A DNA stretch of 64,000 bases from Gracilinanus agilis (Eukaryota). The stretch's first letter is position 1. Every line of letters starts with the position of its first letter. Positions 22,686 to 35,465 of this stretch are shown piece by piece. The translations under genes were made by a program, and so were the position numbers. The notes beneath the pieces are model-generated. The model was not told the origin of the DNA. It saw only the letters and a program-made list of their open reading frames with translations, and did no database searches. The stretch spans positions 561,451,044 through 561,515,043 of the forward strand of contig NC_058132.1 in NCBI RefSeq assembly GCF_016433145.1, in the 5' to 3' direction.

Positions 22686-25624
22686 ATAATCAGTGTGAAT
22701 TAGAAGCAGATGTGGGTCCTTGTTGAATAATAAATGTAATGAAATTACTTCCTTTTGCCTTCTTGTGCTTTCACACACTTGAATTTATTCCATCCATTGG
22801 GGGGGTGGAAAGGAGGAGCCGGTTAGTTGGTTTATAGTCTGTTTTGGAAAACAAAAATTATTTCAATTTTTCACACCAGGGGTGGGTCCATTTATAATTA
22901 CCCTTTAAAAAAAATAACAATAACATCTATTTCTTGCCTTGTTTCATGCCCAGTGGAGTACATCCAAGCGTAGAGTCTCTTTCGAGTGCCATGATATGAG
23001 CAACTCTTCTGGGCTCTGTCAAAGAATCTTGTTGCCATATAGCATAGGAGTCATTCCTAGAATCACCCTTCATCCTTCCTAGGATAACACTTGTTAAGAG
23101 ATAAAAGAAACAAGCCATTAAGAAAGAGGTAGATGACTTGGTGTTTCTATTTGTTGTCATTGAATACCAGTGATGGAGCTATTCTTTGGAAATCAAGGAA
23201 AGTCTTTTTTTTCTTAAACCCAGTAGTTAAAATTGTAAAAGTCATTAGTTATACTATACGTGAATAATATGTGCGTGGATGTATTAGTGAGAGAGAATGA
23301 TGAGAGAGAGAAAAGAAATGAATGTTTGGTGCTAAGGAGAGAAAGGAATCTGACTTGCAATAGTTATCAGAATATCAGAAATATCAAATATCATAAACTT
23401 ATATTTTCTTGAACACAGAGGTAATGGCCTCTTACACAAATATTTTTGTCACACTATTGAAATCGATTGAAAAGGCCTTATTATCTAGGAAAACCCGGTA
23501 TTTTAAAAACTGCCACACATGCCAATTTTCACTGTAGATGGATTGGAATCTTTGAAGTGGATTGGGCACACCTCTTGACAGGATGCCCTTCATAGCCTAG
23601 TAAAACTATCATTAATGTCATCTGAGTAAAGCCTTCTCTGACCTCTTATTCTCCCATCTCCAACAACAACAAAAAAAGACATAAAGTCAATAATACAACT
23701 CACTTACCAGTGATGTGGTCCAGAACTAAAGCTAGGGACTCTCAATTACTGTGGGTCTATGTGGTGATCCATCTAACTGTACTTAGTTATTGGTCCAGGA
23801 AACCTGGCACCCTCCAGAGTTAAGAAACCATTGTACTATTGTTTAAAGGGTACCCAGGGCCAACCCACTATTTTAAAGAAGAAAATGGTGGAAAGAAGTT
23901 TATTGGCCTGAGTACAAGATTGCCTTTCATCAAAAACTGTCTTTTGACACCATCCCCCTCCCACTATGCCCCATTTCACCCTGATGTCTTGGTTCCCCTT
24001 CAGTAGCTCCCACTTTGGCATCTCCCATCCAAGTAGCCCCATCAATCACCATGGGGCTGCCTTCCATAGTCTAGCACATGTCCCATATAGCTCCTTAGTC
24101 CCCTTTCCTTGTCAAGTTCCCTTGCCAAGTTCTGAAGATATATTGAAATATATCTATCCCTCAAGCTTAATTCTTCATCACTCCAAAGTGTTAATTTGCT
24201 AATGTGAGCAACTCAATTGTGTTGATGTGATAATGGGAGGAAGATGCAGTCTTGAGATCCAGTCAAGAAGGCAGCAATATGTCAACAGCATCAGTAGGAA
24301 AGCAAGCTCCAGACAAGTCTCAGCCACTAAAGTGTACCTGGATATATACCAAAGCAATTTGGGGGGAAAAAATTAAAACAACAGAGAACACATATTTTTA
24401 GAGCTTAAATTATGGGAAGATCAAATTGCTGCAAGCAAAGGAAAAGAGTTAAAATCAGGCTCTTTCTAAAGGCTGGGTCTCCCTTTAGCCATTCCATTCA
24501 TTGTTGATCCAACTTTCTCATTTGTTCTGTTTATCGTCATCAGACTAACATCATGTCTGGACAGAGAGGCACTTATCAACATGTGTAGTTGTCTGGGTTA
24601 AACCACAGCTGCACAGTGGCTGTTCACACTGACCCCATCTGGAAAGGTTGGCTACTGAAGCCACTGTCATTCACAAATCATTTTCCACTTACTTCTTTTC
24701 GGAAATGATCCCTACACATCTTTTCCCATCTAACCATGCAAAGAAGAAGAGTATGGGGAGCCTCACTTTCTGTGCCCTTCCCCTCTCACTCAAGTGGTTC
24801 GCAGCTTGTCCTCTTGGCCTTATTAACACTTAAACCATCCTGAGGAATGAGTTCCACATGTTCCTTTAATGTTTCCCTTAAAACCCTGTAACCTGGGACT
24901 CTGCCTTTTACAACCTGTAAATGCGCCCCCTGCTTCTCCCATTAAAAAGCGGATATTCTAGGAAGAAAACTCAAAGAGGATTTTTTTTAAATGCCTGAAA
25001 AACAAATTTGCTTCTGGAGAGGCAGATGAATTGCCTCTCCAAGTGATGAATCACCATAGTGGGGAATGGCATCTTACCCAATAGGTAAAGTAAGGCAGGT
25101 AGCCAAATGCTCACCTGCCTACAGGTAGGGAATTATTCCCAGGTCCACAGGTATCATGAACTTGGTGTGTCTACTTAGAGCTTTGATTTTTCACGCCTGC
25201 ATAGTAATGTTCACAAAGGGACTCCTCCCTGATGCATATCAGGTGGTTACTACACCCCAGGCCCTGACTTTATACTGCACTGATTACCTACTCCACCTTT
25301 CATCAATCATTTCTGAAATGGTTGTGAGGAAATTGGGCAAAAATTCTGCTCTGGGAAACTAAGAGTCCATAGATCTCGAAATTCCAGAATATCATTGACT
25401 GTCTCTACACTGAAAATTTTCTTTACTGGCTTGACAACCCAATTTCTATGGTGTCTTGGTTTGGGTTTTTGTTTTGTTTCGAATTATGAATATCTGTGTA
25501 TTAGCCTGGCCAAGATTTTTGAGGTAAGAAATTGCAACCAGATTAAGGTAGACAGACTTTGAAGCTATACTTTGAGAGCTAGGACAGTAGATCAGGTGCT
25601 AAACTTTGTGGTTCAAAACAATAA

Positions 25625-25855
25625 CAAATTAGTATTTATATGAGACTTTAAAGTATGCAAAGCATTTTATAAATATTACCTCATTTGATCCTCTCAAACA
25701 ACCCTAGGAGGTAGGGGCTATTATTATTCCTATTTTACAGATGAGAAAACTGAGGAAGACAGCAATTAAGTGACTTGCATCTAGAATGGATTTGAACTCA
25801 TGCCTTCTTGACTCTAGTACTCTATCCACCATACCACATAATTGCCTCATAGGTG
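25625..25855 (-). mobile_element. MIR
   Basis: catttgatcctctcaaacaaccctaggaggtagg...attttacagatgagaaaactgagg. Confidence 0.8.
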
Positions 25856-26529
25856 CATTGATCCCTGGGTAGGAATATGGGAAACCATCTAGTTCAAAAC
25901 CTTTATTTTATAGATGTGGACTTACCTGTTTTCAAATCTTGCCTCTGTGTGACTCTATGGCAAGTTATTTAATAGCATTGACTCACAATCTCCAAACATT
26001 CCATTGTTTCCAGATTCCTCCTTCTGGGTATTCTTCAATTTCCTCCACTGTGAAATGGACACAATGATCATGTAACAGCTATTTCATGAGATTATTATAA
26101 ATCTCATATGAAATAATATATTAAAAACCCTCACAATCCTTAAAGCATTATATGAATATCAGTCAGCATTATTAAAATATGGTTTGAAAACTATCATCAC
26201 AAATCTGCTAATGGTGGAAATGTTGTACATATTATTAATAGAAACTAATTCTATATTGATATCGTTTTTAAAAGATTAAAGGCAGCATTTAACTCTAGAA
26301 CTTATTTTCCACAATATGCCAAAGTGTACTACAGCAATTCAAAGCAACTCAAGCCAATAGAACATTCTCAGTATGGAGGTGATGAAGGATTTGTTGAGAA
26401 CAGACGTGATATGTTTCCCATGACAGTAAAAGAAATACATATCCTTAGCTAATAAATATGAATATGCCATTGACTCAGAATTAGCAGATAACTATTTCCA
26501 CCTATTCCCCACTCTTCCCCACATTGAGG

Positions 26530-26770
26530 TCAAGTGTTCATCTGTACTTAGTTTAAAGACTTCTAATGGGTTGAATCCATCACCATTCCAGTTATGGATG
26601 GACAGTGCTGATGGCTAGGGAGTTTTTTTCTTGCATCAAGCTTATCTTTGTCTTTCTGCAACAGCTACCCATTGTTCCTGGTTTTACTCTCTGAGTCCAA
26701 ACAGAGGGCAATTCTAGTCCCTCTTCTGCTTGGCAGGTCTTTACATATTTAAAGATAGCTATCACAGCAA
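26530..26770 (-). mobile_element. L3/CR1 3' fragment
   Basis: Similar to the reverse L3 at 10385 (gctacccattgttcctggtt...tttaaagatagctatca). Confidence 0.6.
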
Positions 26771-28530
26771 CCTAAGCCTGACTCACTGGCTCCAAGTATC
26801 TGCTGACTCCTATGGCCAACATATACACTCTCTCTTTCTCCCTCTAAGGGCCACAGCCACACACACACACCTCCACCCCATAGTTTAAATAAGGAAAGCT
26901 TGAGGGAGATTGCTTGAGTCCACATTGCCCTGGAGAATTAAATCTAGAGCACAATGGGATACCAAAGTATGGATACCTCAAAGTGAATAAGTCTGCTTAC
27001 GAGTCTCTGTAGGAGCTTGGCATCAATTCCAAGATGAATTCCATATTCAGAGAGTCCAATGTCCATTAGATTGCCAGGAGCCCCCAGTTATCTAGAAATT
27101 CCACACATGTTGCTCTTAAAAAGATGTACCATGACTCCTAGTTACCCATCATATATGCACTTCCACATTTACTGGGCAACTTAATGTGTCCTGGCTGAAC
27201 AGTAGACGAAGGTGCTAAAAGCACAGAGTTTCAAGGGCCTGGACTATCCTTTTGTTTCTATCATGTATGTAACAAAAATGACACAGAAAATATGTAAAGA
27301 TTTAAGGAGAGTACAGGCTGGTGGTGATAGTGGTTTAAGGCTTTATCATTTTCCAGCCCATTCATGTAAATAAAACTTAGAAGAGTAATATCATGTAATA
27401 TTTAGATAGCATTTAAAGTTTACAATTATATTATGAGGAAGGTGGAGCACATAATATTAAAATCATTTAACAGGTGATAAAACTGGGGCTCAGTGGTTGT
27501 GACTTGCCCAGAAGTCCTTTATGAGTTGTCTCCTCCATTTAGAAATGAAATGTTTTGAGATCTGGGACCTGTCTTGTTTCTCTATTTGCATCTCCAACAC
27601 TTAGGAGAACACTTAGCAAAAAGGAAGGCTTCATAACTGTCTTTTCATTTCATTCATTCATTGATTAAACAACTATTAGGTGTTAGAGACAAGGAAATGC
27701 AACCCAAGTCTCTTGACTCAAGTCTTAACATTTGGCCATGGTACAACTCTAACATGCCAGCCATACTTCTTAACCTAAAGATATTTTACCTATATTTTAA
27801 AGGCACTAATGTGATCCCAACCTTTCCAACATGGATGTCATATATATCACATTAGCATCTCCTTGCAGATTGCTTCACCTCTAATTTTGTTCAGCTCAGT
27901 TTTCTCCTTCCTATTCAGGAACATGGCAATAACATGATTCATCTAAATTATGATGATCAATCTTAATCTTGGTGCCAAAGAATAAATGAGAAAGTATACT
28001 TCCATCCCTTCTTGGCAGAGGTAAGGGATTATCCATATGAAACATTGCATATATTGTCAAATCCAATTGGTTAGTTTTATTAAACTGCTTCTCTTTCTTT
28101 ATTATTTTATGTTGCAGAAGAAAAGATAAGAAATAGCATGTACAGAGTGCCCAAAAAGTTTTCACTTTAATAGCTTAAAGTTTAACTAAGACTTATGGGA
28201 CACCCTATATTAGGAATGTGGAAAACGTGGGAAATTTTAAAATGAACTGAGGAAAGTAGGCAGAGCTAGAAGATCAATATACACAATAACTATAATAATG
28301 CACATGAAAACAACACTATAAAAGGAAGCCATACTCTGATCAGTTATGATAATCATAGTCCCTGAAAATAGTTGATGAAACATGTCACCAGGTGCTTTCT
28401 TTTTCCCTTGTCTTCTCTTTGCTCCCTTTCCTGACCATAGGTTACTCAGACCCCATAAAGCAGCTAATGAGAAGCAAGAACACACTATTTGACAAAAACT
28501 GCTGGGAAAATTGGAAAACAGTATGGGAGC

Positions 28531-28980
28531 GATTAGGTTTATTTTATTTTATTTTTTTAAAACCCTTATCTTCTGCCTTAGAATCAATACTGTGCGGGGC
28601 AGCTAGGTAGCTCAGTGGATTGAGAGCCAGACCTAGAGATGGGAGGTCCTAGGTTCAAATCTGGCCTCAGACACTTCCTAGCTGTGTGACCCTGTGCAAG
28701 TCACTTAACCCCCATAGCCTAGCCCTTACCACTCTTCTGCCTTGGAGCCAATACATAGAATTGGCTCCAAGATGGAGGTATGGGTTTAAAAAAAAAAGAA
28801 TCAATACTGTGTATCGGCTCCAAGGCAGAAGATCAGTAAGGGCTAGGCAATAGGGGATAAGTGACTTACTCAGGGTCACACAGTCACACACAGCTAGGAA
28901 GTGTCAGAGGCCAGATTTGAATCTAGGACCTCCCATCTCTAGGCCTGACTCTCAATCCACTGAGCTTTCCAGCTGCCCCC
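28531..28980 (-). mobile_element. SINE1_Mdo-type SINE hosting a second SINE
   Basis: Reverse head ending cagctgccccc at 28980; reverse tail 28531-28594; ~14-bp degenerate TSD. Confidence 0.88.
28595..28796 (+). mobile_element. Full-length SINE1_Mdo-type SINE nested in the host SINE
   Basis: Exact 15-bp TSD agaatcaatactgtg (28580-28594 / 28797-28811). Confidence 0.93.
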
Positions 28981-31142
28981 AAGAGATTGGGTTTAGATCC
29001 ACATCTCATACTCAACTCCAAGATAAATTCAGAATAGGTAAATGACTTAAATATAAAGAGGGAAATTATAAGTCAATTAGGTGAACATAGAATAGATTAC
29101 CTGTCAGATAGATGGGAAAGAATTTAAGACCAAGCAAGAAATAGAGAATATTACAAAAATGTAAAATGAATAATTTTGATTACATTAAATTTAAAAGGTT
29201 TTGTACAAACAAAACCAAAGCAAACAAAATTAGAAGGGAAGCAACAAATTGGGGGAAAATATTTATAACAAAAATCTCTGACAAAGGTCTAATTTCTCAA
29301 ATTTATAAGGAGCTAAGTCAATTGTATAATAAAATCAAGCCATTCCCCAATTGAGAAATGGTCAAGGGACATGAATAGGCAGTTTTCAGATAAAGAAATC
29401 AAAACTATCAATAAACACATGAAAAAGTGTTCTAAATCTCTCACAATTAGAGAAATACAAATCAAAACAACTCTGAGATACCACCTCACACCTAGGAAAT
29501 CGGCCAATATGACAGTAAAGGAAAATAATAAATGTTGGAGGGGATGTGGCAAAAGTGGGACATTAATACACTGCTGGTGGAGTTGTAAATTGATCCAACC
29601 ATTCTGGAGGGCAATTTGGAACTATGCCCAAAGGACTGCTGGGTTTATACTCCAAAGAGATAATATGGAAAAATACATGTACAAAAATATTTATAGCTGC
29701 GCTCTTTGTGGTGGCAAAAAATTGGAAAATGAGGGAGTGTTCATTGATTGGGAAATGGCTGAACAAATTGTGGCATCTGATGGTGATGGAATACTATTGT
29801 GCTGAAATGAATGATGAACTGAAAGAATTCCATGCAAACTGGAAAGTCTTCCAGGAATTGATGCAGAATGAAAGGAGTAGAACCAGGAGAACATTGTACA
29901 CAGAGACTGATAAATTATGGCACAATCAGAGGTAATGGATTTTTCTACTAGCAGCAATGCAATGATCCAGGACAATCCAGAGGAACTTATGAGAAAGAAG
30001 GCTATCCACATCCAGAGAAAGAACTGTGGGAGTAGAAATGCAGAAGAAAAACAAATGATTGATCATGTGGTTCAATGGGTATATGATTGGGGATGTTGAC
30101 TTTGAATGATAACATTATTGCAAATATGAATAACATAGAAATAGATTTTGAACAGTGATGCATGTATAACCCAGTGGAATTTCTTGTCAGCTCCATCAGA
30201 GGGGAGGGGAGAGGGGAGGAGAAAAAAGATGAATCATGTAACCATGGAAAAATATTCTTAATTAATTAGTTAATTAACTACTTTTTTTAAAGGCAGCCAA
30301 TAAGGAAGAAAAACTCACATAACTGAGATGAGCTAGGAAATCAGTCACTCTCATGTTTCTATCAAGTCAAAATTTTTTATTTGATCCTGGAGGTGATAGG
30401 AACCATTCACTAAATAGGGAGATGTTATGGTCAGAACTATACTTTAGGAAGATCAATTTGATAACTTAATGGAGGATGAACTGGAGTTGTATTAAACAAT
30501 GCAGGAAAGCCAATCAGCAGGCTATTTCAAAAGTCTGAATAGGAAGTGATACTATGAAAATAAAATCAACAAGCTTTGGAAATAGATTGGTTGAGGGGTT
30601 AGAGTAAATGAGGAGTCAGTGATGATACCACCTAGGTGGTAAACCTGTTTACCTGGGAAGATGGTAGCAGCCTAAATAATACTAGGGAAATTATTGTATT
30701 TGGTGAGAAAGATAATGAGTTTAACTGAAATATGTTGTCTATGTTGAACAGTTGGTGCTAGAAGACTGAAGATTAGGAGATAAAGATAGAGCTATAAAAG
30801 TAGAACCGAGTGTCAACAACATCAAGCTAATAACTGAATCTATGAAAGCTGATTGAATTACTAAGAGAAATCATACACAGGAAAAAGAGGAGCGGGACCA
30901 GGACAGAGTCTTGAAGGATATCCACAATTAGCAGGCACTACTTGGATAAAGAGCCAGAAAAGATAAAGAAGAATTAGTCAGACAGATAGGAGGAGAACCA
31001 AGAGAGAGGAGTGTAGTGAAACCTAAAGAGAAGAGAGTATCAAGGCAGGGAGAGTGATCAACAGTGTCACAAGTTGCAAAGAGATCCAGAAGAATAAGAA
31101 CTGAGAAAAGGCCATTGTAGCTTACAATTAAGAGATGATTAG

Positions 31143-31805
31143 CTCTGAAGGATTTATGGTAAAGATGCTACCCACATTCAGAGGAAGGACTGCAGGAGAG
31201 GAAACATATAAGATAAACAATTGCTTGAATGCATGGGCTGAGGCGGACATGAATGGGAAATAGACCCTGAACAAGGACACATGTTACAACCAGTGGAAAT
31301 GTGTGTTGGCCATGGGTGGGGGGANNNNNNNNNNNNNNNNNNNNNNNNNNNNNNNNNNNNNNNNNNNNNNNNNNNNNNNNNNNNNNNNNNNNNNNNNNNN
31401 NNNNNNNNNNNNNNNNNNNNNNNNNNNNNNNNNNNNNNNNNNNNNNNNNNNNNNNNNNNNNNNNNNNNNNNNNNNNNNNNNNNNNNNNNNNNNNNNNNNN
31501 NNNNNNNNNNNNNNNNNNNNNNNNNNNNNNNNNNNNNNNNNNNNNNNNNNNNNNNNNNNNNNNNNNNNNNNNNNNNNNNNNNNNNNNNNNNNNNNNNNNN
31601 NNNNNNNNNNNNNNNNNNNNNNNNNNNNNNNNNNNNNNNNNNNNNNNNNNNNNNNNNNNNNNNNNNNNNNNNNNNNNNNNNNNNNNNNNNNNNNNNNNNN
31701 NNNNNNNNNAGAGCGGGGGGGGGGGGGGGGGGATGAAGGGGAAAGTAGGGGCATAAAGTATGTAAACAGGTTAAAAACAAATATTAATAAATGTCTAATA
31801 AAAAA
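31143..31805 (+). mobile_element. 5'-truncated L1 3' UTR spanning an assembly gap
   Basis: Exact 13-bp TSD aagagatgattag; sequence matches the 3' UTR of the L1 at 43653. Confidence 0.9.
31325..31709. other. Assembly gap, 385 N
   Basis: N run flanked by G tracts. Confidence 0.99.
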
Positions 31806-32229
31806 AAGAGATGATTAGTAACCTTGGGGAGAGCAGTTTTGAATCAAGATGAGATCAGAAACCAGACTGCCAAGAATTAAGAAAAGAATAAGAGTAAAGA
31901 AAATGGAAAAACCAGTTGTACATAGCCTTCTCAAGGCCATAGAATGATAGCCAGTGGGCATGGTCAAATCAAGTGAGGGTTTTTCAAGGATGAGAGGGGG
32001 TGTTTGTAGGCAGTAGGGGAAACAACTAGTATACCAGAAGAAATTGAAGTGAAAGAATGGGGTGGTAGAGGAGGCAATCTGCTGAAGAAGACAAAACAAA
32101 ATGAGATGACTTGTGCAGACAAAAGACTTGTGCCTTGTCAAAGAGAAAGACCACCTCTTCATGTGAGGCAGGGTTGAAGGAGGATATTATTGCATAAGAG
32201 ACTATCATCAAGATTTCCATCTTTGCCCT

Positions 32230-32550
32230 ATTAATGTCTTTTAATATCTTCCTGACATCACCATCCAGCTGCCCTTACTCTCCACTCCTCACACCCCTAC
32301 AGAACTGCCTTTTAGGATGATGATGTACAAAAGAACCCTGAACCTTGCAATTTTCTGTACCATTGAAACTTCTGTCTTTTCATCTACCTGAAAGTTAATC
32401 TTTCTTTTATGTTTTCTCACCTAATTAGACTGTGAGCTACTAAACAAAAGGGACTGCCTAATTGTTCTTGTTCTTATGTCCCCTATGCTTAGCAGAAACC
32501 ATAGAATATGGTAAATATGCTAAGATACTAAATGCTTTCTCATTCATTCT
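32230..32550 (+). mobile_element. L2 3' fragment
   Basis: attagactgtgagctac...aaatgctttctcattcatt. Confidence 0.5.
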
Positions 32551-34334
32551 CCATTTTCTTCATCACCATGGAAAAGTAGAGAACTAGAGGTGTGTTGCCC
32601 TAGATGTCAAACATTCCTGTATTTTGTTTAACTGTTTTTCATTGTCATAAGGGAGGAGTTGGCGTGGGGAAGGAGTGTATTGGGAAATGACTGATTTGGC
32701 TACCAAAGGAATCCATAAAACTTTAAAAAGAAAAGGAGAGGGGCAAAGTAAAGCCACATAGCAACTGCAAGTACCATTCACTCTCTTCTGCCCCAAACCC
32801 TTACTCTGAACACTACTGCAATGAGAATTTCCTATTCTGTGAGAGTTATCTAAATAAAGTCCAATTAAATTTAGATCACTGCATGTGAAGATCTGTTCTT
32901 TTTCTCAACAGATATACCCTTGCCTTCCTTTTCCTAGAAAGGACAATCACTTAGGTAAACAAGCCTTCTCCATAAGCCCCTCAGGCAAGGGCATCTTCTT
33001 TTTCAAATATTGACATCAACTCTGTGTACAGGGATATGATAAATGGTTATTGTTTTCATGCTGATCATAAGACAACAGGCTGTACCACCACTACCACCCC
33101 CTCTACTATTTTAGAAGGCAAACATTGTCAAAATGTGGTTAGGAATAAAAACTGCACATGTGGTAATAGTAAACAGGGGACAAAGCTGATTTTATGCTCT
33201 GTGGACAAATCCCAGAGCAGCACTGTATTCCCTGAATCCAATTGCTTCTTAAATGACTGGCACTTGATGGGAAATGCAAACTGCATATTAAGCACTTTCA
33301 TAGACTTTCAGCTCAATCCCAGAAAACTCCCCCAGTTAAGTGCCATTTTAATACCATGACAAAAGCATTGTCCCAGCAAAGTCCATTTGCTCCTAAGCAC
33401 TAGGATTTCCTTTGTCCCAGAGAAGAAACACAAATTGCCATAAATACTCAACACATCATTTTCTCTAATGTTCCCAGAATATATTTGCTGTTGTTTAACC
33501 CTTAAGCCCAATACTTCTATGATGTACACAAGCGGTGATTCTGGAAAGCATTCTTTGAGGCCCAAAAGTAATGCAAGAGGAAGAGCTCAGAGGTTCAAAG
33601 GATCAAGGAGAATATGTGTAGATGACAGTAGATAAGTAAAGAAAATAACTTGGGGTACTGGAGTAGAATAAGCAGAAATCATGCCTGGCATCCAAAAGAA
33701 TCACAAGTTCAGAAAAGGCAGAGGACTCGTCTTGGAACTGATTTCTGGCAGATGAGATTAACATTTCCCATAGACTGGATTATCTCAGACATTTTAGTAC
33801 TGGCTTTTCATCATGGCTGTATATTGCATTTCTGGTCTCAGAGTCATAAACTTGGCAGATATCATTACACTGAAGCTTCTTTATAACAATATTCTCCAGT
33901 TTCTTCTATATCTTGGAAATTCATTACAGGTGAGAAACCAAGTCCTCCTGGTGTTTTCAGCAATAAACTCTGAAATGAGATCTAAGATGGGTCCATTTTC
34001 TACTGAATTCCAAACTACAGTAGGTTGCATTAAGTGAGGCTCAAGTGTATTATTTCTATGAGGAATTTCTATGAGGTTTCGGGGAGGACAGGGGAAGAAA
34101 GAGAGATGTTTTTTTGTTCTAGATGATTTTGAACCAGATTTTTATAGCAACTAAGTTATTCCCTGAAGACCAAGGCAATCATTGCCTTTGGAAGCCATAT
34201 TGAATCGTTTAGACCCCTATGGTTGGAGATATCAAAGATGCTCATTTAACTTATTCCCAGGGTACAGCTTAGTCACTAGGAACATCTGAGTCTTGTAATT
34301 TTCTTTTAAAATAGCCTCAAAAGAACAAGAAATA

Positions 34335-35465
34335 GTCATAGCAGCACTTTTATGGGTGTCCATTAATTGGGGGTAGCTGGACAAGCTATTGTACATTAAT
34401 GTAATATGATATTATTTTACCATATGATGTGATGAAAATGAATTCAAAGAAATTGGGAAGTGATGCTGAGCAAAGTAAGCAGAACCAAGAGAATAATCTG
34501 TATGATAAGCAAAGTTATATAAGAAAAACAACATCAACAGGCATAAGAACTCTCACCAATATAGTAACTAATCTTCATTATGTAGGCCTGATGGTGAAGT
34601 TGGATATTCTTCTTTTTTTTAAGAGTTCAAAGACTATAGCTGCCAAATAAGGAATATCTTGCCGATAATTATCAACATATTGATTTGTTTTGTCAAATGA
34701 AAAAGAGGATTTTTTGTAAAAAATAAGAATAATTTTTAAAAAAATAATCCTCTTTTTGGCCAAGTTGTAAAATGGTCCAGCCATTCTGGAAAGCAATTTC
34801 GAATTATTTTTTTTAATGACTAAAATAGACAGGAGGAAGAAAATTTGAAATTGAAAATGTGTTTTTTAAGTGACTAAAATTTTCATAGCCTTTAGTCCAG
34901 AGATCCTACTGTTAGGTACATACTCTAAGGAGGTAAAAGAAAAGTCCCTTGAGTACCGACTGAGGAATACTAAACCCATGGTATGTGACCATAATAAAAT
35001 ATTACTGTGCTATGAAAAATGACAAATATGAAGAACTGAGAGAAATATGAAAGGAATTTATGTGAACTGATATATAGGGAGGAAAGCAAAACCAGGAAAA
35101 CAAAATTCATGATGATTATAATAGAGTAAATGAAAAAAAATTATATGTAACTAATAATAACCAAACTTGGACCCAGAAAAAAATAAGAAAATATACCTCC
35201 ACAGTACAGAAAATTACATCAGATGTGGACAACAAATTTATTGTTTTTGCTTACCTGCTTTTTTTCCCTCTGTTTCTGAATCTTTGTTGCAAAGAAGAAT
35301 TTGCTGCATAGGGAATGGAGGAGGAGCATATGCGGAAACTAATGTGATATAAAACCACAAGGCATTGAAAAAATCTGAACAAAATTAAAGGTGGTGTGGG
35401 GAGGTGTTAGGAAATGATGTGAGAGAGAAATAAGCATCAGTAAAGCATCTGTTTTTTTAAAAATC
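34335..35465 (+). mobile_element. Old L1 3' fragments
   Basis: ccagccattctggaaagcaattt...gagatcctactgttaggtacatactctaagg...aaagcaaaaccagg. Confidence 0.65.

Larger units (their letters stand above)
28477..30275 (+). mobile_element. L1 3' portion carrying nested SINEs at 28531-28980
   Basis: LFDKNCWENWKTVW, IKTTLRYHLTP and CWRGCGKSGTLIHCWWSC ORF2 motifs, then 3' UTR. Confidence 0.93.
30340..32130 (-). mobile_element. Degraded L2 split by an L1 insertion
   Basis: Reverse L2 motifs on both sides of the L1 TSD. Confidence 0.55.

Noticed and set aside
23709-23760. Strong minus-strand donor CTG/GTAAGT
   Set aside because: All three frames hit stops before a usable acceptor
24693-24729. 37-nt minus-strand mini-exon with GTAAGT donor (DGKRCVGIISEK or WEKMCRDHFRKE)
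   Set aside because: No phase-compatible partner exons and no recognisable protein
29166-30196. L1-derived ORFs as host genes (also 37180-37804, 42108-42459, 43467-44625, 53060-53683)
   Set aside because: Truncated, frameshifted L1 ORF2 and antisense read-through
31178-31818. Long 151-200 aa ORFs
   Set aside because: Poly-X translations of the N gap
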